A stretch of DNA of 64,000 nucleotides from Candidatus Kryptoniota bacterium (GTDB taxonomy: Bacteria > Bacteroidota > Ignavibacteria > Kryptoniales > JAKASW01): positions 18,263-82,262 of the forward strand of contig JBJKPC010000034.1 in NCBI GenBank assembly GCA_046706745.1. The letters run 5' to 3'. Below are positions 1 through 8,825 of this stretch, one piece after another (the stretch's first letter is position 1; each line of letters starts with the position of its first letter). A program made the position numbers and the translations under genes. The notes under the pieces are model-generated. The model saw only the letters and a program-made list of their open reading frames with translations. It had not been told where the DNA came from and ran no database searches.

Positions 1-1842
1 TTTGCGCAGTCGCCTCATGGGAAGCAGCTGAAGATAGACTGCTCGTCGTGCCACGTTCCGACTTCGTGGAAGATAGATCCGTCTAAAATGAAGTTCGACC
101 ACAACACGCAGACATCCTTCAAGCTCACGGGTCAGCATAGCGCACTCGCCTGTATGTCGTGTCACAAGAGCCTGGTGTTCTCGCAGGCCAGTCCGACCTG
201 CAGCTCATGCCATAGAGACGTTCACCAGGGAAGCCTCGGTTCCAATTGCGCGAGTTGCCACAACACGAAGTCGTGGCTGATAGTAAACATCCAGCAAATC
301 CATCAGGACACCAGATTCCCGCTCGTGGGCGCGCATCAAAACGTCGACTGCCAGAGCTGCCATTCCGGTTATTCCAGACTGTACTTCCCTCCCGTGAGCG
401 TGCAGTGTATCAGCTGCCACTCGCAACAATACTATTCTACTACAGCGCCAAACCATGTTCAGGCCGGCTTTTCCACAAAATGCCAGAGTTGTCACAACGT
501 CATAGACGTGAGCTGGGGGCCTACGCATTTCAATCACGACTTCTTCCCTCTTGTGGCGGGACACGCGATTCAAAACTGCTTCGCCTGTCACAAACAAGGG
601 ACTATGAATTTCGGCGGACTATCGACCAACTGCTACAGCTGTCACAAATCGGACTACATGAAGGTGTCGTTCCCTAACCATGTATCGAACAATTTTTCCA
701 CCAATTGCAAGACCTGTCACACTATCAACGGCTGGGCACCGGCGGCATTCGATCATTCAACGACCGGTTTCCCTCTTACCGGCGCGCATGCCTCGTTGCA
801 ATGCGCCTCCTGTCACACCAACCAGACAGCCAAGCTGAGTACAAACTGTTATTCTTGCCACGTGAACGATTTCAACAATACAACGAACCCGAGCCATACG
901 AAGCTTGGTTTTCCAACCAACTGTGCCCAATGCCACAATACTACAAACTGGACGGACGCCACTTTTAATCATAACACGACGGGGTTTCCTCTGACGGGCG
1001 CTCATGTCACCGTACAATGCGCACAGTGTCATACCAACGGCTACACGACACCGCCGCCGACAGACTGTTACTCTTGTCACACAAAGGATTTCAACAATAC
1101 TACCGATCCCAATCACGTCGCCCAGGGATTCCCGCACAACTGCGCCCAGTGCCACAACACCACGAGCTGGGACGACGCAACTTTCGATCACAGCACGACG
1201 GGTTTTCCTCTGACCGGCGCTCACACCAGCCTGCAATGCGCGCAATGTCATACCAACGGCTACACGACACCGCCGCCGACAGACTGTTACTCTTGTCACA
1301 CAAAGGATTACAACAATACCACCGACCCGAATCACGCAAAGCAAGGATTCCCGACCACCTGTGCCCAGTGCCACAACACCACGAGCTGGGACGACGCGAC
1401 ATTCGATCACAGCACAACGGGTTTTCCTCTGACCGGCGCTCACACCAGCTTGCAATGTGCTCAATGCCATACCAACGGGTACACGACGCCGCCACCGACA
1501 GACTGCTATTCATGCCATACGAATGACTACAACAATACCAACGATCCGAACCATCTGCAGATGGGATACCCGCATAATTGCGCCCAATGCCATAACACCA
1601 CGAGTTGGGACAATTCGACATTCGATCATACTCAGTTCCCGATCACGTCAGGCAATCATGCGGCTCCGCCTCTTACGTGCTCTCAGTGCCACACGAGTCC
1701 TTCGAATTTCGCCGTATTCTCCTGCACCACGAGCGGGTGTCACACACAAGCCGAGACCGATCCGCACCATACGGACGTAAATGGGTATGTTTACAGCCCC
1801 ACGTCCTGCTATTCATGTCACCCGACGGGAAAGGGAGATTAG
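1..1842 (+). CDS. Multiheme cytochrome c with tandem triheme (c7-like) repeats; 5' end lies outside the window
   Basis: Frame is open from base 1 (FAQSPHGKQLKIDCSSCH...). 24 CxxCH motifs plus one CxxxxCH (CTTSGCH); repeated FDH..GFPLTGAH..CxxCH..CxxCH..PNH..CxxCH units. Confidence 0.95.
   Translation, partial: FAQSPHGKQLKIDCSSCHVPTSWKIDPSKMKFDHNTQTSFKLTGQHSALACMSCHKSLVFSQASPTCSSCHRDVHQGSLGSNCASCHNTKSWLIVNIQQIHQDTRFPLVGAHQNVDCQSCHSGYSRLYFPPVSVQCISCHSQQYYSTTAPNHVQAGFSTKCQSCHNVIDVSWGPTHFNHDFFPLVAGHAIQNCFACHKQGTMNFGGLSTNCYSCHKSDYMKVSFPNHVSNNFSTNCKTCHTINGWAPAAFDHSTTGFPLTGAHASLQCASCHTNQTAKLSTNCYSCHVNDFNNTTNPSHTKLGFPTNCAQCHNTTNWTDATFNHNTTGFPLTGAHVTVQCAQCHTNGYTTPPPTDCYSCHTKDFNNTTDPNHVAQGFPHNCAQCHNTTSWDDATFDHSTTGFPLTGAHTSLQCAQCHTNGYTTPPPTDCYSCHTKDYNNTTDPNHAKQGFPTTCAQCHNTTSWDDATFDHSTTGFPLTGAHTSLQCAQCHTNGYTTPPPTDCYSCHTNDYNNTNDPNHLQMGYPHNCAQCHNTTSWDNSTFDHTQFPITSGNHAAPPLTCSQCHTSPSNFAVFSCTTSGCHTQAETDPHHTDVNGYVYSPTSCYSCHPTGKGD
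763..1630 (+). repeat. Intragenic 219-bp (73-aa) tandem repeat, about 4 well-conserved copies
   Basis: The G-F-P-L-T-G-A-H coding block recurs at 982, 1201 and 1420 (period 219 bp), with a more diverged copy at ~766; the later copies are nearly identical at DNA level. Confidence 0.92.
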
Positions 1843-1845
1843 TTC

Positions 1846-3492
1846 ATGTCAGGTTATAGAATCAACTTTTTGACATATTCCTTCGGGTTTCTTGCCCTCC
1901 TTTACGGAAGCGCGGCTGCACGGCAATCAAAAATCGTGAGAAAGACCGGTTCGGTAACATACGTGTCGCCGATGAACATCTATGTAGGGTTCAAAAACTC
2001 CGATGGCATCGATAAAGGCGATACGTTATATGCTTATCGGCGCGGAACATTGACTCCCGTTCTGACCGCGAAGTACATATCGACTTCTTCGGTAGCCGGA
2101 CCGATAATAGGCAAGCCCTTTGTCAAAGTCGGTGACCATATCTTCGCCTTCGTTCGGCCGATATACCGGACAAAAAGCAACACGCCTGTTGCCGGGGAGG
2201 AGGTCGACACGAGCCTGGCCGCTCAAACGAAACCGGCAGAAACCGTCCAGGTGAGTTCCACCCCCGATACGACTTCACTCGGGCCTCGTCTATACGGCGG
2301 CATCACAGTCAACTCATATTCGAATATTTCCAACTACACGGGCGCGAGCAGAATTCAGAGATGGAATTACACGATCAACCTGAACGCTGACAGAATAGCC
2401 GGGTCGCAATTCTACTTCACGAACTACATGTACGTCAGTTATGTCGCTTCGCAATGGAAACAGTTGAGCATCAGCCCTTTTAACAGTCTTCGCATCTACA
2501 GCCTTTCCCTTGCCTACAAGACACCCGGGCTGGAGATGCGGGTCGGTCGAATCGCCAGCGACCGTCTGTCGGGGATCGGCCCGTTCGACGGGTTCCAGGC
2601 AGAGGAGAAGTTCGGAGACTTAGCGGTGGGTGAAATCATCGGATCGAGGCCCGATTTTTACAGTCTCGCGTTTAACCCTAATCTTTTTCAGTTCGGGGGA
2701 TATGTCAGCGATGCAGAAAAGATGGGCGCCGGTCTGATGACTAATACGTTATGCTTCCTCCAGGAATACAACCGCTTTAGTACGGACCGGCGCTTCATCT
2801 ATTTTCAGCACAACAGCACCCCGATCCGAAATGTCAACCTCTATGCATCCGGCGATATCGACCTCTTCAGAATCAACAACGGCAAACCGGTGAATGACCT
2901 GTCACTGACCGACTTGTACATGTCCGCCAGCTATTACCCCGTGAATATGGTCACCTTCAATTTCTCTTACAGCGCACAAAGGAACATAATATACTATCAG
3001 AGTTTCGGCAGCGTCCTCGACAGCATTCTGGAAAGCAATAACCAGCTCAGGCAGGATGTCAGGCTCGAGACCCAACTCAGACCCCTTCCCTACACTTTCA
3101 TAGCCGTGGGAGGAGATTACAGTTTTCAAATGGGAGACATTGCACCGACGAGAAACGCTAATGCTTCCATTACCCAGTCAAATATTCCTTTCTTAAGGGT
3201 CACCGCCACCGTTTCGTACAGCCGCATCTTTAGCAGCTACGTCGACGGATCGGTTTATGGGGTTTCGATATCCAAGTATATCCCCTTCAATTCCAGCTAT
3301 ATCATGGTCAATTATTCGCTGCTCAATTACGGGTTCGGATCGGGATCGATGCGACTAATACAGAAACAGCCGAGCGTCCAGGCCACCACCAGACTGCTCG
3401 GCAACGTCTTCTTGAACCTTTACTACCAGGGGACTTTTAGCGGTCCGACGAGCTACAATACCTTCATGGGAGGCATAACGGAACGATTTTGA
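1846..3492 (+). CDS. Putative outer-membrane beta-barrel (porin partner of the multiheme cytochrome)
   Basis: Signal peptide, ~140-aa N-terminal domain and linker, then ~400 aa of alternating aromatic/hydrophobic strands ending in a terminal Phe (GGITERF); starts 3 bp after the cytochrome stop. Confidence 0.7.
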   Translation: MSGYRINFLTYSFGFLALLYGSAAARQSKIVRKTGSVTYVSPMNIYVGFKNSDGIDKGDTLYAYRRGTLTPVLTAKYISTSSVAGPIIGKPFVKVGDHIFAFVRPIYRTKSNTPVAGEEVDTSLAAQTKPAETVQVSSTPDTTSLGPRLYGGITVNSYSNISNYTGASRIQRWNYTINLNADRIAGSQFYFTNYMYVSYVASQWKQLSISPFNSLRIYSLSLAYKTPGLEMRVGRIASDRLSGIGPFDGFQAEEKFGDLAVGEIIGSRPDFYSLAFNPNLFQFGGYVSDAEKMGAGLMTNTLCFLQEYNRFSTDRRFIYFQHNSTPIRNVNLYASGDIDLFRINNGKPVNDLSLTDLYMSASYYPVNMVTFNFSYSAQRNIIYYQSFGSVLDSILESNNQLRQDVRLETQLRPLPYTFIAVGGDYSFQMGDIAPTRNANASITQSNIPFLRVTATVSYSRIFSSYVDGSVYGVSISKYIPFNSSYIMVNYSLLNYGFGSGSMRLIQKQPSVQATTRLLGNVFLNLYYQGTFSGPTSYNTFMGGITERF

Positions 3493-3573
3493 AATGGAGG
3501 GCCTGCCTGCCTTTTAGGAGAGAGGTTGTCCGGCCGTAAGTACGATTCACCACATAACAGGGAGGAGAACGAA

Positions 3574-3984
3574 ATGAACGGAAAGAAGAAATACCTCGCC
3601 GTCGCAATCGCAGTTGCTGTCACGGCTATCGTGGGAATAGGTGTCATTGCTCCATCGAATGGCATTACAGCAACTTCGGCAAAAAGGATCATACCAGTTA
3701 AGTACGCGGGGAACGCTCAGCGCTGCGCGAACAGCTGCCCGGCCGGAGCAGTTCAATGTCCCTATCTGGAATGCCCCTATCTTAACCATCTCCGCCAGAT
3801 GGAAAAAGGCCACGGCGTTCAACTTGAGGAAGCAGCTGGTCGCTGTCCTTATGAAATGCAATCGGGGCGTCGCACGATGAAGCCGGCAACACCCAGGACT
3901 TCCATTGTCCTTGCGGACGAGGCCCTCATCCATCGGTCTGCCGACGCAAATATGAAAACGGTTAGATTGAACGGGAATCGGTAG
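3574..3984 (+). CDS. Small exported or membrane-anchored protein with Cys-Pro motifs
   Basis: GGAGG RBS before ATG 3574; MNGKKKYLAVAIAVAV hydrophobic N-terminus; CANSCPAGAVQCPYLECPY...RCPY. Confidence 0.6.
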   Translation: MNGKKKYLAVAIAVAVTAIVGIGVIAPSNGITATSAKRIIPVKYAGNAQRCANSCPAGAVQCPYLECPYLNHLRQMEKGHGVQLEEAAGRCPYEMQSGRRTMKPATPRTSIVLADEALIHRSADANMKTVRLNGNR

Positions 3985-4028
3985 AGCTAGGTCAATCAGA
4001 GAGAACGATCGAGGGGAGGAGATAGCCA

Positions 4029-6416
4029 ATGATCGGAAATTATCTTGTCGTTGTCGCGTTTTGCGGCATGGTTGCTGCAACTGCAGCGTACACTTTCAGC
4101 TTCTTCAGTGGAAATGAAGAATATTTGAAAATCGCCAGGGCCGGGTTCCATGTCGGCGCGGTCGGAGTAATCCTCACGGCCGGCTACTTCATGGGGCTCA
4201 TCCTGACTCATCAGTTCCAATACACTTACGTCTGGAGCTACAGTTCCTACGAACTGCACCCTCCCCTCCTCGTATCGACGTTCTATGTCGGGCAGCAGGG
4301 AAGCTTCATGTTGTGGACGATGTACACATGTATAATCGGACTTATACTGATGGCGTACTCGAGGAAGCACAACTATGAAGCTTCGGTGATGGGGATATAT
4401 TCAGCCATCGCGACTTTCCTGATCCTTCTTGCCCTTGTTAAGAGCCCGTTCGAAAGGGTCTGGCAAACCTGGCCTAACGACGTTCATGCCGGATTTATGC
4501 CGACAGACGGGAGGGGGCTCAATCCACTCCTGGAGAATCTCTGGATAGTAATTCACCCTCCTATCCTTTTTCTCGGGTTCGCTTCGACGGCGGTACCCTT
4601 CGCCCACGCATTTTCAGGAATGCTTAAACGGGATTACGACAGATGGATCAAAGTAGCGGTTCCCTGGACGCTCTTCACTTCCGCGATACTCGGATTCGGG
4701 ATAACGCTCGGAGGATTCTGGGCTTATGAGACTCTCGGATGGGGCGGTTTCTGGGGATGGGACCCGGTGGAAAACTCGTCCTTCATTCCCTGGCTCATTG
4801 CCGTCGCGTCAGTGCACACCCTTCTCGTCCAAAGACGCACCGGCGGATTCAAGCGAGCAAATATAATCATGGGGATGTTGCCGTTTCTCCTCGTATTGTA
4901 CAGCACTTTTCTCACAAGGAGCGGTGTGCTCGGCGATACCTCGGTCCACAGTTTCGAGAAGCCGGGGATGTGGGTTTACGTTTACCTTGTCCTCCTGATA
5001 ACTTTCTTCGTGATTCTTGGAACGGCGCTGTACCTCATCCGCGTCAAAGAGATTCCGCACGTGAAGATCAGCTATTCGGTAACGTCCAGAGAATTTGCCC
5101 TTTTTCTCGGAGCCGCATCGCTGGTCATAGTTGCTTTCTTCACTCTCGTCGGAACAAGTGCGCCTCTCATCACAAACATATTGAAGGGAAAGCCCAGCGC
5201 CGTGGATCCGAGCTATTACATAAAGACCAACCTTCCTTTGGCAATATTCATGGCGGCGATGATAGGATTCGGGCAGCTGCTATGGTGGAAGAAAACTAAT
5301 TCACAGTCACTGTACAGAACGGCCCGTATGCCTGCCATCGCCGCAATTATTCTCACGGGAATCGTGATATTCGCCGGCATGCATAACATATGGATGATAT
5401 TGTTCTTTATCTCCAGTGCCTTTGCGCTCTTCGTGAATTTCCAGATTGCTCAGAAAATTGCCAGGGGAAACCCCAAGTTTCTCGGGGCATCTCTCGCACA
5501 CATCGGAATTGCCATTTTGTTCATCGGCATCATTGCATCAACACACTACGACAAACAGGTAGTCCTTTCCTTGCCGAAGAACGAGCCGGCTCAGGCATTC
5601 GGCTATAAACTCACGTATGTCGGGACCTCTCAGATGAGTCTTGGGAGAACTGCTTATAACGTCGTTGTCAGCAACGGAAAAAGCAGCTTCGATGCACCTC
5701 TGGTCATGTATTCCAGCATGTACGAAGGAGGGGCGATTATACGAAACCCGTATATATTCAGTCTTGTGAACTATAATGCGTTCACTCATCCAGCTCTTCT
5801 CGCCTTCATAGGGAAGAATATGCTTACCCGGGACCTGTACCTCTCGCCGCAGTCCGTCGAAGAGGAGCACGGCAGCAGCGGCAGCAGTCTGCAGACCTCA
5901 CCGGGCGGCATACTGATACCTCTGGATTTGAACGAGCCTGTAACCGCAGGCAAATATACTTTTACCTTTGAAGGCTTCTCCATTCCACAAGGCCAGAAGG
6001 CTGCAATGATGAGCGGGCAGCCATTCAATATCACCTCGAAAGTCAAACTCTCACAGGCCGGGGGAACGGGATTCACGATCGATCTGACGAACGAGGTCAA
6101 CGGCGGAGGTCAGAACAAAGCCAGGACTTTACGCACCAAATCGGGAGATCGGTTCACGGTAAGCCGGATCCACGTCGATAACAAGACCGGGCAATCCGGA
6201 ATTCTTTTGAATTATCTGCCCGCTCGAAACTCATCGGACGCGGCTCTCCTGAAGAAATCCACCGGTCCCCGGGGCCCCGAGAAGCAGGTGCTGATCATAC
6301 AGGCCACGATCAAACCCTTTATCAACCTGGTTTGGGGTGGCGTAATAATAATGGTGATCGGTTTCATCGTCACGTGGAGGAGAAGGCGGGAGGATCTAGC
6401 AAAACTTCATGCGTAG
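4029..6416 (+). CDS. ccmF: Cytochrome c biogenesis heme lyase CcmF/NrfE family
   Basis: WGGFWGWDPVEN (WWD) motif, GLNPLLEN..IHPP, FLTRSG..SVHSF, LAHIG, KPFINLVWGG; many TM helices; GGAGG RBS. Confidence 0.95.
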   Translation: MIGNYLVVVAFCGMVAATAAYTFSFFSGNEEYLKIARAGFHVGAVGVILTAGYFMGLILTHQFQYTYVWSYSSYELHPPLLVSTFYVGQQGSFMLWTMYTCIIGLILMAYSRKHNYEASVMGIYSAIATFLILLALVKSPFERVWQTWPNDVHAGFMPTDGRGLNPLLENLWIVIHPPILFLGFASTAVPFAHAFSGMLKRDYDRWIKVAVPWTLFTSAILGFGITLGGFWAYETLGWGGFWGWDPVENSSFIPWLIAVASVHTLLVQRRTGGFKRANIIMGMLPFLLVLYSTFLTRSGVLGDTSVHSFEKPGMWVYVYLVLLITFFVILGTALYLIRVKEIPHVKISYSVTSREFALFLGAASLVIVAFFTLVGTSAPLITNILKGKPSAVDPSYYIKTNLPLAIFMAAMIGFGQLLWWKKTNSQSLYRTARMPAIAAIILTGIVIFAGMHNIWMILFFISSAFALFVNFQIAQKIARGNPKFLGASLAHIGIAILFIGIIASTHYDKQVVLSLPKNEPAQAFGYKLTYVGTSQMSLGRTAYNVVVSNGKSSFDAPLVMYSSMYEGGAIIRNPYIFSLVNYNAFTHPALLAFIGKNMLTRDLYLSPQSVEEEHGSSGSSLQTSPGGILIPLDLNEPVTAGKYTFTFEGFSIPQGQKAAMMSGQPFNITSKVKLSQAGGTGFTIDLTNEVNGGGQNKARTLRTKSGDRFTVSRIHVDNKTGQSGILLNYLPARNSSDAALLKKSTGPRGPEKQVLIIQATIKPFINLVWGGVIIMVIGFIVTWRRRREDLAKLHA

Positions 6417-6503
6417 TCGGTGGAAGAGCGTCCACAACCGCGTTTGCGTTTAAGAGGAGGATTCGGGTTTCCTAACATTGAAAAAATCGGAAAGGAAAAC
6501 ATA

Positions 6504-7085
6504 ATGCGCAGAACGATCATAGTACTCGCAATATTCATATTCTCCACGGCCGTCGAAAGCCGTGCACAGACGCTTAACGTCGCCCAACAGGGCGACAAAG
6601 CCGTATTGTTCAATTTCGTCGGACTCAGCAATCTCGGATTGGACGGTTACAACGGAGGAATAGGAGGGAAATATTTCATTTCTGACGGTATGGCTGTTCG
6701 TGCCATGCTTCTCTTCAGCATCGACAACAACACTTCTAACTCCATACCACAGACATCGTCAAATTCTTTCGACTTCGGCATCCAGGGAGGACTAGAGTAT
6801 CACCTTCCACTGGCTTCCAGGATCAGCCCTTATGTCGGAGGACTGCTCTCGTTTGGTACGAATGCAAACACGACCAACCCGGGCGCAAACAAGAACAGCA
6901 GCACCAGCTTCGGTCTTGGCGCCGTCGGAGGGATAGAGTATTTTTTCAACAGCAACATCAGTCTCAGCGCGGAATACCAGTTCGGCTTCACGAGCACAAA
7001 CAATTCTACCAGCGGAGCTCCCGGCAACAACCGGTTCCAGCTTGGTTTCCAGACGGCGGGTCTTACTCTTGCCGCCTATTTCTAG
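6504..7085 (+). CDS. Small outer-membrane beta-barrel protein (OMP_b-brl/OmpA-like 8-strand)
   Basis: Signal peptide MRRTIIVLAIFIFSTAVESRA-Q; ISPYVGG, GIEYFF..ISLSAEYQ; C-terminal YF. Confidence 0.8.
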   Translation: MRRTIIVLAIFIFSTAVESRAQTLNVAQQGDKAVLFNFVGLSNLGLDGYNGGIGGKYFISDGMAVRAMLLFSIDNNTSNSIPQTSSNSFDFGIQGGLEYHLPLASRISPYVGGLLSFGTNANTTNPGANKNSSTSFGLGAVGGIEYFFNSNISLSAEYQFGFTSTNNSTSGAPGNNRFQLGFQTAGLTLAAYF

Positions 7086-7190
7086 AATGACTGTGGTCGC
7101 ACGGGATCCCGCTGTCGACCGCGTGCGTGCAAGCGCGTGATTGTAGGGGAGTACAGGTAAGCCTCAGCCACAATCGTGGAACACCAGACA

Positions 7191-7235
7191 GGAAGCCGGT
7201 TCGCCGCCGGCTTCCACTCTCCTTTCACCCCGTTT
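7191..7235. terminator. Hairpin between convergent genes (likely intrinsic terminator)
   Basis: GGAAGCCGG-ttcgccg-CCGGCTTCC stem followed by a pyrimidine-rich tract. Confidence 0.5.
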
Positions 7236-7237
7236 TC

Positions 7238-8818
7238 CTACTTGATGTATACCATCTTCTTGGTGTCGCTTATGTGAGGCGTCTGCATCCTGTAGAAGTA
7301 GACGCCGGAAGCCAGACCCCGTGCGTTGAATACAACCTCGTGCGTCCCTGCAGACTTGAATCCGTCGACCAGAGTCGTCACCTCTCTTCCCAGGTCGTCG
7401 TATACTTTGATGCTTACACGCTGAGGAGAAGGTATCTCGTACCGGATATTTGTCGAGGGATTGAACGGGTTGGGATAATTCTGATACAAGTTGAATTCCT
7501 TCGGCACGTTTTGGTTCTTCACGCCTGTTAGATTGCTGAATATCGGAAGAGTGTCGAACTGCCTTTGCATCGTGGAAGTCAGTTCGTCCGTACCCGCACC
7601 GAACCATTCGCCTAGCACGGAACTGTAGACCTGACGGAAGTCATATTGGAGCCCGAGATTGTCGTTGACGTTGATCTGGGTGGGGATCGTGGGGTTCACG
7701 CCATAGACTCCTCCGTTGATTTTCGATCCGAAAATGAAAACGGGCTCGGAGGTCCCATGGTCGGTGCCGTAACTGGCATTGGACTTGATCCGTCTTCCGA
7801 ACTCTGTGAACGTCATGCCAACGACGCGCTCCCTGACACCCAGGAGGTTCAGATCATCCATGAACGCGCCGATAGCTGCCGACATATTACCCAAAAGCTT
7901 AGCGTGTTCGCCGGTGGTCGGGTCGGTTACGGAGACCTGTCCCGAATGCGTGTCGAATCCGCCGATATTTGCAACGTAGATCCGGGTCTGCAGGCCGCCT
8001 GCTATCAACCTTGCAATGATTGCGAACTGGTCGGCCAGGTAGTTCGTACCCTGGGTCGGGTATTTATCGGAAAGGTTCTTCGTCGCATTGTATGCCGATT
8101 TCACCACGGCGGTATACTGCTGTGTTTGAGAGTTCACCGCGCGCACGTAGGCGACCTGCGTGCCGGCCAGCGAGTTTGGAGGCTGACCTTGTTCGCTCGG
8201 CGCTAGAAAACTTCCGTTGGGATTGGTAATAGCCGTCCCGGTACTGGCCGTCTGCCCCTGAAGTGCGTTCAGTACAACCGAGCTAATTTGTATTGCTACC
8301 GGGTCAGGCACCGCCTGAGTCGGGTAGCCGGCAGGGAAACCAGGATACTCATAGTCCAGATAGCGCCCCAGCCACCCCGTCTCGAGGTACTGGTTGTAAT
8401 CGGCGGCAGTGAGCCAAATATCCGTCGCGCGGAAATGAGACAGGTTCGGATTAGGGTAAGACACACCCTGGACCACAGCGAGCATCCCGTCATCGTACAG
8501 CGCTTTCATGTCGGTCATTGCAGGATGTAGTGCGGTCGCGTTTGAGAGTTTGGTTGCAGTCAGGCTCGACTCAGGCAGGGCGATGTTCGGCCTTGCTGCC
8601 TGGTAGGCACTGTATTGGTCCAGCGGAATTACGGTGTTGAGTCCGTCGTTTCCGCCGCTCATCTGAAGAAGGACGAAGACACGATCGGTCTCTACTGCGG
8701 TCTTGAAAACTCTATCCATTAATGCAGTCCTGGCGTAGGCTTTGACCGACAGTCCGTTCAACAGCAAAGGAAGGGACGCAACCGGCGCACTCAGCTTCAG
8801 AAATTCTCTTCTATTCAT
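7238..8818 (-). CDS. DUF1501 family protein with twin-arginine-type signal and T9SS CTD
   Basis: MNRREFLK; LQMSGGNDGLNTVIP, PNLSHFRATDIW, GGFDTH, TEFGRR..GTDHG; C-terminal QNYPNPFNP...KKMVYIK. Confidence 0.9.
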   Translation of the reverse strand: MNRREFLKLSAPVASLPLLLNGLSVKAYARTALMDRVFKTAVETDRVFVLLQMSGGNDGLNTVIPLDQYSAYQAARPNIALPESSLTATKLSNATALHPAMTDMKALYDDGMLAVVQGVSYPNPNLSHFRATDIWLTAADYNQYLETGWLGRYLDYEYPGFPAGYPTQAVPDPVAIQISSVVLNALQGQTASTGTAITNPNGSFLAPSEQGQPPNSLAGTQVAYVRAVNSQTQQYTAVVKSAYNATKNLSDKYPTQGTNYLADQFAIIARLIAGGLQTRIYVANIGGFDTHSGQVSVTDPTTGEHAKLLGNMSAAIGAFMDDLNLLGVRERVVGMTFTEFGRRIKSNASYGTDHGTSEPVFIFGSKINGGVYGVNPTIPTQINVNDNLGLQYDFRQVYSSVLGEWFGAGTDELTSTMQRQFDTLPIFSNLTGVKNQNVPKEFNLYQNYPNPFNPSTNIRYEIPSPQRVSIKVYDDLGREVTTLVDGFKSAGTHEVVFNARGLASGVYFYRMQTPHISDTKKMVYIK

Positions 8819-8825
8819 GATAGCC

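Noticed and set aside
757-1621. Repetitive alternative-frame ORFs over the cytochrome
   Set aside because: Shadows of the 219-bp repeat; the CxxCH frame explains the sequence.
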